This document shows positions 12,302 to 25,995 of a DNA stretch of 64,000 nt, in pieces. The position numbers and the translations under genes are program-made. Below the pieces are notes generated by a model. The model searched no databases. It had not been told where the DNA came from and worked only from the letters and a program-made list of their open reading frames with translations. Every line of letters starts with the position of its first letter. Position 1 is the stretch's first letter. Location of the stretch: positions 22,558,213 to 22,622,212 of the forward strand of contig OZ234493.1 in NCBI GenBank assembly GCA_965153455.1, written 5' to 3'. This DNA comes from Sphagnum compactum. Lineage: Eukaryota.

Positions 12302-13190
12302 GTGCATTTGACAGTACATATTACAAAATTACAATTACAAACTACATTTCCAAAACCTCTTTATATACGACATTTTCGCATGTATCTATGGAAACCCTGG
12401 CCGTTGAAAATCTTGATGTTTGCACTACTTGTGACAGGTGAACCGGCACCCACACTGGTAAAAACCCTGAAATTTTTTAGGATGATTCTAACCCTGGTAA
12501 ATATGGTATCCTTAATACTAAATAAGTACCCCAAGTTTATATGGTGACGAACAATTTTGGAAATAGAAATTTCATGCAGCCAATGGGAAGGCTCAACGTG
12601 CATTTGACAGTACATATTACAAAATTACAATTACAAATTACATTTCCAAAACTCTTTATATACGACATTTTCGCATGTATCTATGGAAACCCTGGCCGTT
12701 GAAAATCTTGATGTTTGCACTACTTGTGACGGGTGAACCGACACCCACACTGGTAAAAACCCTGAAATTTTTTAGGATGCTTCTAACCCTGGTAAATATG
12801 GTATCCTTAATACTAAATAAGTACCCCAAGTTTATATGGTGATGAACAATTTTGGAAATAGAAATTTCATGCAGCCAATGGGAAGGCTCAACGTGCATTT
12901 GACAATATATATTACAAAATTACAATTACAAACTACATTTCCAAAACCTCTTTATATAGGACATTCCGCATGTATCTATCAAGACCCTGGCCGCTGAAAA
13001 TCTTGATGTTTGCACTACTTGTGAAAGGTGAACCGACACTAGCACTGGTAAAAACCCTAAAATTTTTTAGGATGCTTCTAACCCTAGTAAATATGGCATC
13101 CTAAATACTAAATAAGTACCCCCAGTTTATATGGTGACAAAGAGTTTTGGAAATAGAAAATTTCATGCAGCCAATGGGAAGGCTCAGCAT
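12302..13190. repeat. Three tandem ~295-bp units inside the Helitron
   Basis: The unit start GTGCATTTGACAGTACATATTACAAAATTAC recurs at 12302, 12598 and 12893. A ~126-bp tandem duplication (12085/12211) precedes the array. Confidence 0.9.
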
Positions 13191-15189
13191 GCACTCAAAA
13201 GGCCCAAATTTTTTAAGTTTTGGGTTGGGGGGGAAGGATTTTTTTTTTCATTTTTCCTTTGTTCCCAACATGTTCCTTTCAAGTTCCCAATGGGTTCCCT
13301 AAGGGTGTTCCCAATAGCACCTCCCTTTAATTCCATAGCATGGACTAGGGAGGGCACAACATTTTTATTCCAGGTTGAAGGAGGGGTTTTTTGCTCAGGA
13401 GGTGGTGCTCTTTTGTCTAGGCAGGTTTGCATGAGCCCTAGTTGGCCTGCTAAGAAGATACTTTCTAAAATGGGAGTTAACTTACATTTGAACACACTGG
13501 CCCTTCTCTTTTGGTGGTTTTCTTTTCTGATTGTCACATATATAAGCTAAAATGATGTGTCACGTGGAAGCCCCTATGCTTCTATTTTAAATAGTGAGGA
13601 TGACATAGCTGCATCCGTCCAGATGGATGACGGGATAGACGGATTCAGGGGAAGTTTCACGACGTCCTTTACTATATATAATTCCTAATGTTGAAACAAT
13701 TTTCACTTCACAAATTTGTTGTAGGTTTAATTAGAGTCATAACCATAAATGTTCTTTCAGTCCCTTGAATTGTTAAGTCCCAAACCTTATTATGCCATGC
13801 ATCAACTCAACACACTCTCTTTGCAACTACATTACAACAATTCCCCTTCCCATTTAGTTAGTAGTTACAAAATGTGATAATTTTTAGATAAATGGACAAC
13901 ATTTGGTTTCTGAAAAAAAAAAAAAAAAAAAAAAAACCCCTTATAAGTATTGGACAAGTTGTTTATGTGAACTCCAATGTTAAAGATTGGCAAATTGGAT
14001 TGAATCATGGATTTCATACACTCCCTACTTCAACTCAAGGATACTTGTGATGGGTTTTCATGTTGACCATTTCAAAAAATTAATCACTCATGTTGGATTA
14101 ACCCCCTTTAATCCTTTCCAACCAAATGCATGAATACAAAATCTTCTATGTGCCTAGATTTCTATAGTTTGGACCACCTTGTGTTGTCATCAATTTTCAG
14201 CACCAACCCCTCATATAATTTCAAAAGTATATAACACATTGCCTTAACAACTAGTGGTGTAGTGAAAAATAAACACATCAACTACCAACGTAAGTAAACA
14301 AATCAAATCCATCACACCAAGCTAAACAACTTATGATTTAGCTCTCATTATATTTGTGCTCCACTTCAACATCCCCTTTTATTTCGAATCACACACCATC
14401 TCCCAATTCTATTTCAAGAGCTTCATTAAAGCTCCTCCATCCTCCACCATACACTGCCTGAATAAGATAAGCCCGACAATATTACACACAAACAACAAAA
14501 AACCCCTCTCCCTCACATGCCTTCTTTAAGTCTTTATGGTAATGCCTAATTTGAAGAAGTAGACAATGACTAAAGTTTTTTCATTGTCGCTATGCAAAAA
14601 GTTGATGATGACATAAAATCCAAAAACCCAAAAATTCTATGTGTTCACATGGAACATACTATCTCATTTAGATTACAATCCTTCTTTACATTATATGTGT
14701 TGTGAATGTCCAAAAGAAAATGGTAGGGTTGGTTGAAAGTTTGGTTTTGTAAAGGAGTTGTTTTTTTAGGTTATGGGCATGTGAGAAAAGGTGGTTTACA
14801 TCTTTGAAGGTATGGGTTTATGAAGGATGATGATGTGATGAATATCTTTCATTTTTTGGTTCTATGAAAAAAGTTGGTTGCATTTTTCAAGTTTTAGGTT
14901 TATCAAGGAAATTTTGATTGGTTAAAATTTTAATTATTTTGTGTTATTTATGTTTAAAACTCACACTTTAAGTTCAAAAATTGGAAGACGTTGTGGATCC
15001 ATTTTGTGCATTATTATTAGGTCATGTTGTTGTTAATTTTGAAATGGATTGAAACAAAGAAACCATGCAAAAAAAACAATTACAAAAAAAGTTATTTTGT
15101 CTTCATCTCTATACTTACTTCCCTTTTTGGATTGATTAAATGATCATCCTATTATGTCACCAATTTTTTGTTGTTTATTGTAATAGACA

Positions 15190-16020
15190 AAAAAAAAAGG
15201 ATCATGGAGATTGTAGAGAAGAGACTTGCACATCTTCGTTCTTGTGTAGGTCTAGCAGTAAAGGTTTGGTTATTAGTTTGTCCTTGCACCCTTTCATTCT
15301 GTTTATCCTCCGCCCATTTTCTTACAACACTCCGTATTCATCTTGGCATACCACATCCTATAGTTCTGCATCTTTCACGATGCAAGTGTGGTCATAGCAT
15401 CAATGATTTAGGTATCCATTTGTTACGTTGCCTGTGCAAAAATGAACGCATTGTAACCCATGATACGATTCGAGATACCGTTGCAGCTATCGCATCAGAG
15501 AATGGAGCTCACGTACAGAAAAAGGTTTTTCACCTTTCCCCCACCACACAAAAAGACAAGTGGATATAGTCATCACCAAAGACAATTTTCGTACCCTGGC
15601 GGATGTTGTCATTGCCAATCTGACTTGTATAGATTTGGTGTAGCGTGTTTCGACAACAACAACACATGCAGTGATAGTTGCCACTCAAGACAAGGCACGA
15701 TCCTACACAAAGCGAGCGCCAAAAAATGATTTCATTCCCCTTGCCATAAAGACCTATGATTATTTCCATCCTCATTTTGATTCCTTTCTAACTTCTTATG
15801 TACATGCATGTATAATTCCCCATTAGCAGACATCTTTTGGTACCTTCGATGTTTATATCTCATTATAAGTAACAAATGTCGATAACCCTATAACGTGTGC
15901 AAGTCATCGCGTTTCTTCAATGGGCTGCCGTGCTTAGTCACAATTCTTCATTTCTTCTATACATACTAGCTAGTGCACCTCCATCATTAACTAATTTGTG
16001 GCATAAGATGCCTTTTTAAC
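15190..16020 (+). mobile_element. Degenerate CRE-like non-LTR retrotransposon, 3' part (Zn knuckle plus restriction-like endonuclease)
   Basis: CKCGHSINDLGIHLLRC...HDTIRD (CCHC), then after a frameshift VDIVITKDNFRTLADVVIA, KARSY and FIPLAIKTY, which are RLE motifs. Stops and frameshifts are present and no RT is visible. Confidence 0.7.
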
Positions 16021-17144
16021 ATTATGTCTTCCACTTCATTACTACTGTTTTAATGGTCTTGGTTTTCCTTTCATGTGTTTGCATTTGCATCAACATGCCT
16101 TGTACTTTTGTGGATGGATTTCCATTCTTGTTTATATATATGTATAGGTCTTTCATTTCACAAGGTTGCATCATGTGATTGTTGTGAGGCACAATGGTTC
16201 AGAATTGGCTTTATGTCCAATTGCAACTTGCAAAGTTGCAAACAATTTTGATATTCGAAGCAAAATTAACTATTTGTGATGGAGGTGTTTTAAAGATGAA
16301 AACTAATAGGTGTTTTAGTTTTAAGAAAAACTAACTTCATTGGGCGAAAAACTAAATCCTTGCTAGGCTTGGGCTCAATGTTACTTCTTACGACAAAATA
16401 TGGCCAATTTTCTTTCTTGAAATGAATTTGATTGGCATTACATTCAAAAAATATTAAGGCGAATTCACCAAATGGCTAGGGAGCAATCTTTTTCTTTACA
16501 TAAACATAAATAACTATTTTATTTTATTTTTAAACAGCAAAAATTATAGCTGCACTTTTCAGGCATTAACATCAACATACCCTACCCTCCACCATTCTCC
16601 TATGGTATCCATAGGATGGAAAATCATGGTACCCATACCCTTAATATACCTTGAGCCAAATGGTACGTATGACATCAAATGCCCTTTACCCTGAGGGTAA
16701 TATTGCAACCAAAATCCTTTATGCCCCTTACCCTCAGGCATAAAGAATTCCTCTTTAGAAACGCATACATCCCCGTGCCCGGAGGGTATGAAAAAGAATT
16801 ATACCCTCCCAACATTGCTCCTTACTCCTTAACCCTAAACCTCACTGGGTATCAACCTAACAGCGACACCCTGCCCTACCTCTTGGTGTCGGTTTGGTGA
16901 TACCCGGCTTGGGTGGGCAGGCGGGGTGGCAAGAAGAAACCCCCGTGCAGCGACAGCGAGAGGAGGTGGTTACGGGAATCGAAGCAACAAGGATCTGAAG
17001 AAGTCGAGGGGTCCTTGGATTGAAGCTTGATGAGAAGGAAGCTGGCCTGGGAGTGCAGATCTGACAAGGCTTGAGAAGAGTCCTTCCGAAGAAGAAGATC
17101 TGAAGGAATTTGAGAGAACAAGAAGAAGAGGAAGACAAGGAAAT

Positions 17145-19561
17145 ATGGAGCAAGAGTATCGGAAAGGAGGGCAAACCACCAGAACACAATCGTCCAGTGG
17201 TGGTGGCTATGATGCCAGGCCGCTGTACCGGATGATGACAACCTCCTCGCAGGTCAACACCGATTCTTCTTCTTCCTCCTTCTACCCTCGCATTGCGCAA
17301 CCTGTAGGCGGGCCGCCTGTGAATCGACCTCCGCCGCCTCCGATCGCCTCTTCCAATTCTTTCTCTTGTGAGTCTTACTATCATCCGCTCCTCCTCTTTT
17401 GCTTGCAATGAAAGTCCGTTTCTTGTGGCGCTGCTGTTTCTTTTCGCAGTTAGGTCTTGTCATATTAGGGTTTCGATTACGCTCGCCTTCAGTGCCAACT
17501 TGTAAGTGGATGGTACTTAGTGCGGATCGATTTGCATCGCCCAGTGCATCGCGATGGCTACTTTATGATCTAGAGAAATACCCCACCTCTGTGACCGGCG
17601 ACCCTGAAAACCCTAAGCAGGGTGACTTGACGTTAGGGTTTTCTTACTTGGATTTGTGAGAATTAGGTCAACTTCAATTGTTTTTTGATGAGTGTTTTCA
17701 TGCAGGACCTGGATTCTGGATTCCTGTTGTGTCAAATTTGTCATTAACCCTTTGGTCAAGTAGAGATGCCTAAAGGTTGGCATTGAAGTGGGCCAAGGAG
17801 AAGGAGTAATAAATCTCTTGCACAGTCCTTTGTGAACTTGTTCACCCTGCCCCACTCCCTCTCATCTCTTGCTTTCTACTCGCATCTTGTTTTCTCAGAC
17901 GGGTTGTTAACATGTGGGGTGCAAGTTTGCAGCAGGAACAGGCATCAAAGTAACTATCAAACCAATCTACCGAGTTGCTCCACCAGTATGTGGTTTATCA
18001 GCTTCCCATCCTCATTGAGATAGCTTACCAAATTCCCTCTTATGTGGCAGTGGTGTAGAATGTGTCTTCTCTTATTTCTGGAGGATACTTCATTTTTCTT
18101 TCTTGTTCAATCTATGTGGTATCATGAATGGCAGGTTCAATTATCACCTCAAGGTGGTGAAGTGCCCAGGAGCCTGTTTCAGTTTGACTTTGACCTTGAG
18201 CGCCGTATTTTAGCTGAAGCTGAAAGCCAAGGGCAATCGTTTAGTAGAAAACCTGCGGATCACTCCCGGCAGTCCAATGGTGGAAGCGTAAGCCTTACAA
18301 CACCATTTTCCCTTTCCTTCTTATGTGACATACCTTAGCTCAGAGCTTTGAAACCAGAATGTAGAATTGGAGAATGCTCATATAAGTGAGCTTGAATTGT
18401 TGATCAAATGTCTGTGGTTCAGATCAGCTAAGCCTGTTATCTCACCTTGACAAAGTGCAGGTGACTCAGCCTGCAGATTCTTCAACATTGAATGCTTCGT
18501 CCTTCACTCTTTTGTTGCTTCTGTGATCAGGCATTTTTAAAGTAGCTATTTGGCATGGAATCCATCTGTACAGGTTGAAGACCCTACTGTTGCCAAGTAT
18601 GTTTCAATGGGTCTTAACAAGGAGGCTGTGGTGATGGCTATAAGAACATTTGGAGACATTCAAAACAAGGTATGGCTTCTCTCCTTCCCTCTCTGTTTGG
18701 GGATGGAACTTGTCAGTCTTTCTCTATGTCTACTGCCGCAAGAACAATATCAACTCAGCTCTTTTCTGTGTGCTCACATGCCTGTCAGAATTGAGTATGG
18801 AATTGAGACCCAGAAATCTCAAATTAGGACAGGATTTGGGCCATTAAGCTGACCTAGGAAGATTGGAGGGAGATTGGAGTGTGGTTGTAGACATGAGAGG
18901 ATTGTATCTGAAATAGTACATAGTGAACTCCCATCAGAGCTTTGTTCCTGCACTTTGGTCTACTTTTCTCAAGCTAAATCTGGTGTGAGCATACACATAC
19001 TCTTATTTTCCCCCTGCCTCCAACCCTAGGCCACCCTCTACTTCTCATATCACCCCTCCCAAATTGGGTGGTGTTCTGTTGTGAGAACCCTTCATAAGGT
19101 CTTTGTCAGTTTGCTGTCCCTTTCAGATACTGGGATGACTTTACTTTATTCTTCACCTTGTCTTCTGTGCTTCCCCCTACACTCAGTTATGGCTTGCTGA
19201 CAGTAGGAATGTTACTTTTCACCCCGGGATGCAGTTCACTGGTCATTGCCTGTTGTCCGCAATACTTTTCTCTCTGCCTCTGACCTTTGACTAATATATC
19301 TGATATATTGGACCAGCACTGAGGGTAGGTCCAGTCACACAGATTGAGTTGGAGAGATTGCAGGGTCTTTGTGAGTGAGACATGACACTGACAAAGTACT
19401 GGGAATGTGCCTGTGGCAATGGATGGGTGTAGGTGGTGGACTTTTGTCCAACTTACAGCCGGTTATGGGAGATGGGATTCCAGTCAGATGCTGTGGCTGC
19501 AGCTCTGGCCACATGTGACAATGACTTTGAGCGAGCTCTTGCTTATCTTGTTAGCATGTAG
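17145..19561 (+). CDS. UBAP1-like ESCRT-I-associated protein (UMA domain plus C-terminal UBA/SOUBA), At5g53330-like, 217 aa
   Basis: Exons 17145-17367, 17933-17985, 18135-18287, 18574-18669 and 19433-19561, all GT-AG and in frame. Motifs: GIKVTIKPIYRVAPP, FQFDFDLERRILAEAE (UMA), KYVSMGLNKEAV, LWEMGFQSDAVAAALATCDNDFERALAYL (UBA). Confidence 0.88.
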
Positions 19562-20357
19562 GTACATGCTGATCACAATTACAATTTATTTAGCACTGGA
19601 GAACTATTGCACTGCTACGGTATCTTTGGTGCTCAGCACAGATGTTGCCAAACTCAGCTCCTGGTTCTGTATATAATTATGATTTGAACTTACAGGTATC
19701 TTAATGTACCATGACACACTCCTGAGGTCTTTTTGAAGTCTTTTGTTGACCTTCAGGGTGCATCCAGATAAAAATGTTTGAGCATGCACCTCTTGAAATA
19801 GCTCTTAGCTGGTTCTTGGTATCCTGAGTGAGTGGTGCATGACAAATTGAACATTGAAGGCCAGATTAAGCTTCAGGAACAACAACTACAGCCACATCTC
19901 ATCCAATACATCTCTCCTAAATACCAGCCCTGAAGCAGGGGTGGCTGGATCCAGAGGTCAATACAATCTTGTAGTGATTATTGTTTTTTCCTGACTAGCC
20001 AGAGATGGAACTGACAGATTGTAGATCCAAGGCACCATTGAATGCATTGTCTATAGATTAACAAGAATTGCCCATGAAATTAAGAGGTTAAATGGTGGGA
20101 AATAAACATTCTATCAAGAAACTTCATTAGGCATATTTCACTCTGCTGTGACCTTCAGTCATATTAATGAAGAAGCATAGTGTCATCATGTGTAGAAGTA
20201 AGAGATAACCTCAAACATAACAGACAACCGTAGTGTTCATACTTTGTGCAGTTCTATCAGCCATGAGCTCAAGGATTGATCACAAGTTTATATTGACTTC
20301 TGTAACACAACAGCTCCTGGTAGAGAGGTCCTCATTAACTTTCTCTAATTCATTCAA

Positions 20358-20471
20358 TTCTGCACTCCTTTCAGTAGTTAGAGGGCTCATTAGTTTTCCT
20401 TTCTTTCACATTCTGCACTCCTTTCAGTAGTTAGAGGGCTCATTAGTTCTCCTTTCTTTCACATTCTGCAC
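20358..20471. repeat. ~52-bp direct tandem duplication
   Basis: TTCTGCACTCCTTTCAGTAGTTAGAGGGCTCATTAGTT(T/C)TCCTTTCTTTCACA occurs twice. Confidence 0.85.
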
Positions 20472-21914
20472 TACTGAAATAGTCACAAATCAGATAACCC
20501 AATGGTTACTATAGTCAAACTTTTGGATTGTTAACAGTCATGGTGGACTTTTATGACGCAAATTGGGTGTCATACACAGCAGCACAGTTCTTGTAGAGTA
20601 CACTTTCTAGGAGTCAATATGTAGAATGAGGGGATTATGATGTAAAATCTTAAATCATAATCCTGATGTAGAGAACTTTATACACTAATGGCACACAATT
20701 ACCACAGAAATTTGGTAGACCAGAATATAGATCTCTAGAACAATCTCCTGCCTAAATTGATACAGCTCATAAATCACTTCTGGGATATCTACTGCATTGT
20801 TCAATGAATTTGGGCTGCTCCAGAATGAACAACCACATGAGTTCAATCATGTCAGTTCCTAGCTGCATTGACTTCTAATCCAACCCACACCCACCAAGAC
20901 TCCCCTCCCCACAAAATAGCAGAACATAGGGTGCCCCCAGTGCAATTGCAGGTATAATTGTCAATACTCTTTGATTTGAAAGAAGATTTCAAAACAACAC
21001 TATGATTATTCCCACAATTACTGGGATTTCTCACTATGAGCAATTACTAACAACCTAAAAAGAAACAAGTGATACCCAAGATCAGGCTATGGATATTTCA
21101 GATCTGACAACATAACAGCAAGCATGAAACAGAGGAATCCTGACTCTATAAGACAACAGAAAACCATACCACAAAACAAAGTTTCAGGAGCAGTCTGAAC
21201 TTTAACCAAAATGATGTGTGCTATACATATTCAGGGACGTTCAACAGCAACATCTTCAGTATTGACCACTCAAGTTGATAACGAGTGCAGACATAACCTT
21301 ATGACAGTCACTCACTCTAAATAATCTGGAGATCGATGTTGAACACTGTTAGACACTGCCAAGAAAGAGAGAATGATGGACCAAGAAAGCTATTTCCCAG
21401 TTGGATAGTGCTGTGTTGTGTCCTGGTACAGCTGCAATGTGCCCTGTGTCAGCTGCAGTCGCCATCATCTTTCATAACTACTTGGGAGGAAGAACATAAC
21501 ACCCTTCACACTAGTATGCACAAACACATGACACATGCAACTCACAAACTAGGGTAGATATGGAGGGAACCACTGATCCAAACTCTTGCCATAAAAGTCC
21601 CACAAAAAGAGACATTTCAAAGTGGAGAGAACCTGACCTCCACAGCCAAATCGTTATGAATCCCTTTGGTATAATCTGAGTGGATTGCAAACCAAACCCT
21701 GAACTCTCTGATTACACCATATGGATTATAAAATCTCCACCACCACCACCAGAGCCATTCCTTGACAGTACATTAGACTGCTCAACTGATCACAGAAACC
21801 CCATGAGAAGTAGAGACCCTAAACCTTGAATATAGCTGTACAAGTTGCACAAAACTAGCAGCACAAGCTCTCTGTAAGGGCCGGTAAACTCTCTGGCGCA
21901 TCATGAGGCCTCAG

Positions 21915-22120
21915 CTATTTCGATCTCTGCCTCATTTTCCTGCGCTTCCTCTTCAGCCGCCTCATACGTTTCTTCTTCCACTGTTGAAAACACAAGACGA
22001 CACAGTGCATTAGGTTAGCTCCTATTTTCATGCTCGGTGCTGGTTCAGGATGAGCAATAAATACATCACAAGAAAGTGCAATAAATATATCGCAAGAAAA
22101 GAGCATACCTTGGCCCTCAT
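21915..22120 (-). CDS. RPL41: Ribosomal protein L41 (eL41/eS32), 25 aa
   Basis: Exon 1 22120-22109 (ATG AGG GCC AAG|GTATGC) and exon 2 21980-21915 (after CAG) give [25 protein letters not shown]. Confidence 0.97.
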
Positions 22121-25100
22121 AGCGAGCGCTGAAAACGATCAGAAGGGGGAGCGCAACACCTCCGCTCTGGTAGCTAATCTCCCGCAGCAAAGAGACGAGC
22201 GAAGAAGAAGAGAGAAAAGGAGATCTTGAGAGCGCCGCTCCTTGCCCTAAAAACTGCTTCCCCACCAAAAGCAACAGGCAGACAGTTTCTGCCATTTAAT
22301 TTCACACAGATTTCTAGCTGTAATGTCTTCTGCTAACTGTAAGGTGTACCGCTGCTAACAGATTCTACCGCATAAAAGTTACGTCACCTTGAGTTCTAAA
22401 AATAATTCTTAAAAGGTTTTTTTAAAGAAAAAAAGGAAAAACATTTAGTGATATTTGCCAAAATCTTCCAAAATTGAACCTTCAACTTATGGGCATTATT
22501 AGGGACTCATTTCCACTGTCCAAGCCACTACTCAATTCCAGTCTTGAGTAATCAGGACTGGTATATGGGGGATTTTTTTGGAATCCTTCGTGTGGTCGTT
22601 CATGAACCGTTCCAAAGACAATTCCAGAATTGACTACCTCATTTTCAAGCCTAATTATTATTATTTCAAAAATAATTACTTCTTTTTCTTATTAACATTC
22701 TTAATAACTATACTAAACCCTCTTTATGATCATGCCATTGGTGATCTCTTTTTTTTTGGTGACCCTAACAAATTGTGACTTAAATGTGTATAGTCACATT
22801 CCATATAAACCCTTACAAGATTGTGATTATAGGCAAAAAAAATTCTTAGAAAACAACCCTTTTATGCTAAAATAAAGGTGCTAATTGTTCAATTCTTTTA
22901 CAAGGGTTACTCTAAGCTCTACTATGCATTATCAAACTTGAAAAAGGTTGTGATTTTTGCTTGTTTTAATATGACAATTTATGTGGAGTTAGAGCTCTTT
23001 GACTATTAACTTGTGGATCGTGTCAACTAAATTTTTTTAATTAAAATTTTTTAATTTCTTAACAAATTTGCATTTTTTTTTGCTTGTTTACATTAGAAAG
23101 TTGTTATTTTTACTTTTATCTTCAATTGGGTTCATTGTTGTTAGTTTGCACAACTTGAACACAAAACAACACTAAAATTGCCAAAAAGAGAATTACAATT
23201 TACAAAACTTTAATATTTGTCTCAGATTTCTCTCATTATAATCACATTTACAAAAAAAGCTTTGCAAATATTTTCTGCTGCTAATAAGTGTGATAATGTC
23301 TTTAAAAAATGGTGTTTCTTATTAAAACGGATGGTTACCAAAAATGTGACACAAATAGGAATGTGAGTAAAATAGGCGTGATTGTAATGGGGTTTATTCT
23401 ATTCCTCACCTTGCTTAATAATTACCTCCATTTTATAAATACTTCATTTTTTTCCTTGTCCACCAACATGAAAATGAAAAAACAAATTAACATGTGTCTT
23501 TTCATGTCCATGAATGTATATTAATTTAAATTAAATTTTACATTGACATAAATAATCATGAATTATTGAAACAATATGAAAATATAAAAGAAAAATGAAA
23601 TAGTTGATTGTCATTAGTAGTGCACAGCAATGCCAAGCTCAAATTAATATTATAGGGTTCAAATATATCATGCACTCTATGTAGTTATTCTTTGATTGTC
23701 AAAATTTTGAAATATTCAATTTAGATTGTCAGAATTTAATTAATTAATTAATTAAGTATTTTGATAGACCCATGGGAAAAAAAAATAAAAAAAATGTTTT
23801 GAGACCCAAAAAGTCCATGAATTGTGCAATTGTGAACTTAGAGCCTATCATTAGAATTCTTAAAATGTGATTAGAAGAGAACAAGCTCCTATGAATTTAG
23901 TTCAATTAGGCCTAGTATTCTGTCAATCTTATGCTTGTAACGTGGATGCACAATTTTGCAAATCTTGTAATGAATTCCAAGAAAAGCAAATGGTGAATAG
24001 GAAAAAATAATTCATTAGAATTATATATATTTTTAAGGCCCTAGGGATTACTGATAATATTCATTAAATTACAAAAATTAGCCAAATAAAAGGAAAATTA
24101 CATAAAACATCGAGTTGTTGTGGGGCTAGTTTAAGGTAGGGTTTATCATAGAGTTGTTGTGGTGGCTTTATTGCCCATTCATTCTCATGAATGTATAAAT
24201 TTGAGGTGGGTAATGGCTCCATCCTTTGTAATAAAGCACACCCCAACGACTTTTTTTTTTTACATTTGCATTTGCTTCTCACATTCTCATTGTCTGAAAG
24301 CATCTCCACAACAATGATTTAAATGCCCCTGTAATGACAACATGAAGAAAGAAATGGCGTTGTGATCCCCATTACAAAACCTACATCATCAATATTTCAT
24401 CAATATTGTCTTTTTTTTCTCTCTTCATTTCAACAACAATGGTCATTGTACCATCGTCACTAAATGACTTAGCATCATGAGCAATGTGCACATTTTTGTT
24501 TTTCTTTGTTCATTTTGTGAGTGAACAAAAACAATGTGGATGTGTATGTGTGCTTCCGTGGTGCAATTTTTTTCTTCTTTATTGATTTGTGAGTAATGAT
24601 AAATAGGTGAGGTAAGTGTTTTGTTTGTAGTCCTAGCACTAACAATTGTTCCTAATTTGAAATGTCAAGAGAGGCATTAGCAACTTGATCATGACGTCAT
24701 CATTATAAGCTTTCAAAGCTTCAAACAATCCATGAATACTCATCACCATTGCCAACATTGAACTTTTAGAATTATCATAGTCCCCACAATGCACATAATC
24801 ACTACTTCCTACTTCCTATTTTGTTGTTAATGAGTTCAACTTTAGGATTTGATTTCTATGTGCCATTTTTTGTGAGTTCAACCACCTTATTCACATTCCT
24901 AACTTCCTCTTGATGTTTGGTGTTGATAAAATCATTTCTAATTTCATGTTTGTTTTGAAAAAAAAACAAAGAAGTGTGTATTGTTTGAATCTTTCACACA
25001 TGATTTAACCTTGAAATTGTTTGTCTTTCATTGCATTTGATTATACCTAATCCTTGCTCGTTTTTTATGAATACAATAACTTTCTTGTTCACATTCCTAG

Positions 25101-25995
25101 TTATCATCACCACAAGACAATTTGGGGAGACAATTTCTTTGAATTTGTTTAGTGAGCTTTGTGGAGTGGGGTCATCATGGGGCATCATAACTTTAGATTC
25201 CCATAAGTTTGTCAATTTCCTTGGTATTTTTTATTCTGGAAGGGGAAATTTGAAAGTTTATGATGAATATGTTATAACAAGATTAACGTTAAAACATTTA
25301 CAAGGCTAGATTTGGCTATTTTTAAAAGAAAATTGAACAAGTCTCAATGGCACATATTTATGTGTTTTTAAGAAAAAAAGATTGGTTGGATGGAGAAGAA
25401 AAATAAATCTTCAATGGTGTGCTTACCAAGCACATTCATGTAAATTTATTTAAGGGGGGTTTTGTCATTTAAACAAATCCCATGCAACCATGTTCCCACA
25501 TGTGAAGAGGGAGCTCAAGGGGCAAACCCCACCTAGTCAAGTTTCCTAGCCTAAACCCTCTAGTGTAGTGTAGTAAGAGAAGTTTAGTTAGTCCCCTTTG
25601 TTAGACAATAAGGGGCTATGTGTTGTTAATTAAGCAAGTGTTGCCCGCAATAGGATTTTTTTTCAAGTGGTTATATGAACATTCACTCATTGGAAATCTT
25701 GGATTCAACTTATTCTAGCCCCACATGAATTGAAATTTAAGCACAAAATAACCAAGATGTAATCTTTGGTATGAGCTTTGTTACATGAATAGAATTTCAT
25801 TATTTTTTTTGGGAGCGATCGAAGTTTTGTTATAGCTTTAGGTAGGAGTTAATCTCCTTTAGATTGGTGCATTCCAAATGCCTATTCTTGCTCATATGTT
25901 TATTAAACGTGTAGAAATTTTTACAACTTGTTTTTTATTAACTTACATTTTTCAAATCCAATGATGCATTTCCTCTCTCTCTTAATATGTGCATA

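Larger units (their letters stand above)
9951..13680 (-). mobile_element. Compound/nested Helitron with captured gene fragments
   Basis: Minus-strand 3' terminus with hairpin (CCTGTGC-ATTAG-GCACGGG), GTTCAGA and CTAG|T at 9951. Further terminal copies at ~10818, 12141 and 12267. A 5' terminus A|TCCTCACTATTTAAAA lies at 13600. A PIF1 helicase fragment is inside. Confidence 0.85.

Noticed and set aside
12227..12898. Repeated 80-106 aa ORFs
   Set aside because: They arise from the 295-bp tandem units in the Helitron and show no recognisable protein motifs.
16857..17408. 183-aa and 121-aa antisense ORFs over the UBAP1-like first exon
   Set aside because: They are low-complexity shadow ORFs of a GC-rich exon and UTR.
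21915..22295. 126-aa ORF from the track
   Set aside because: It reads through the UTR and intron. The real product is spliced 25-aa RPL41.
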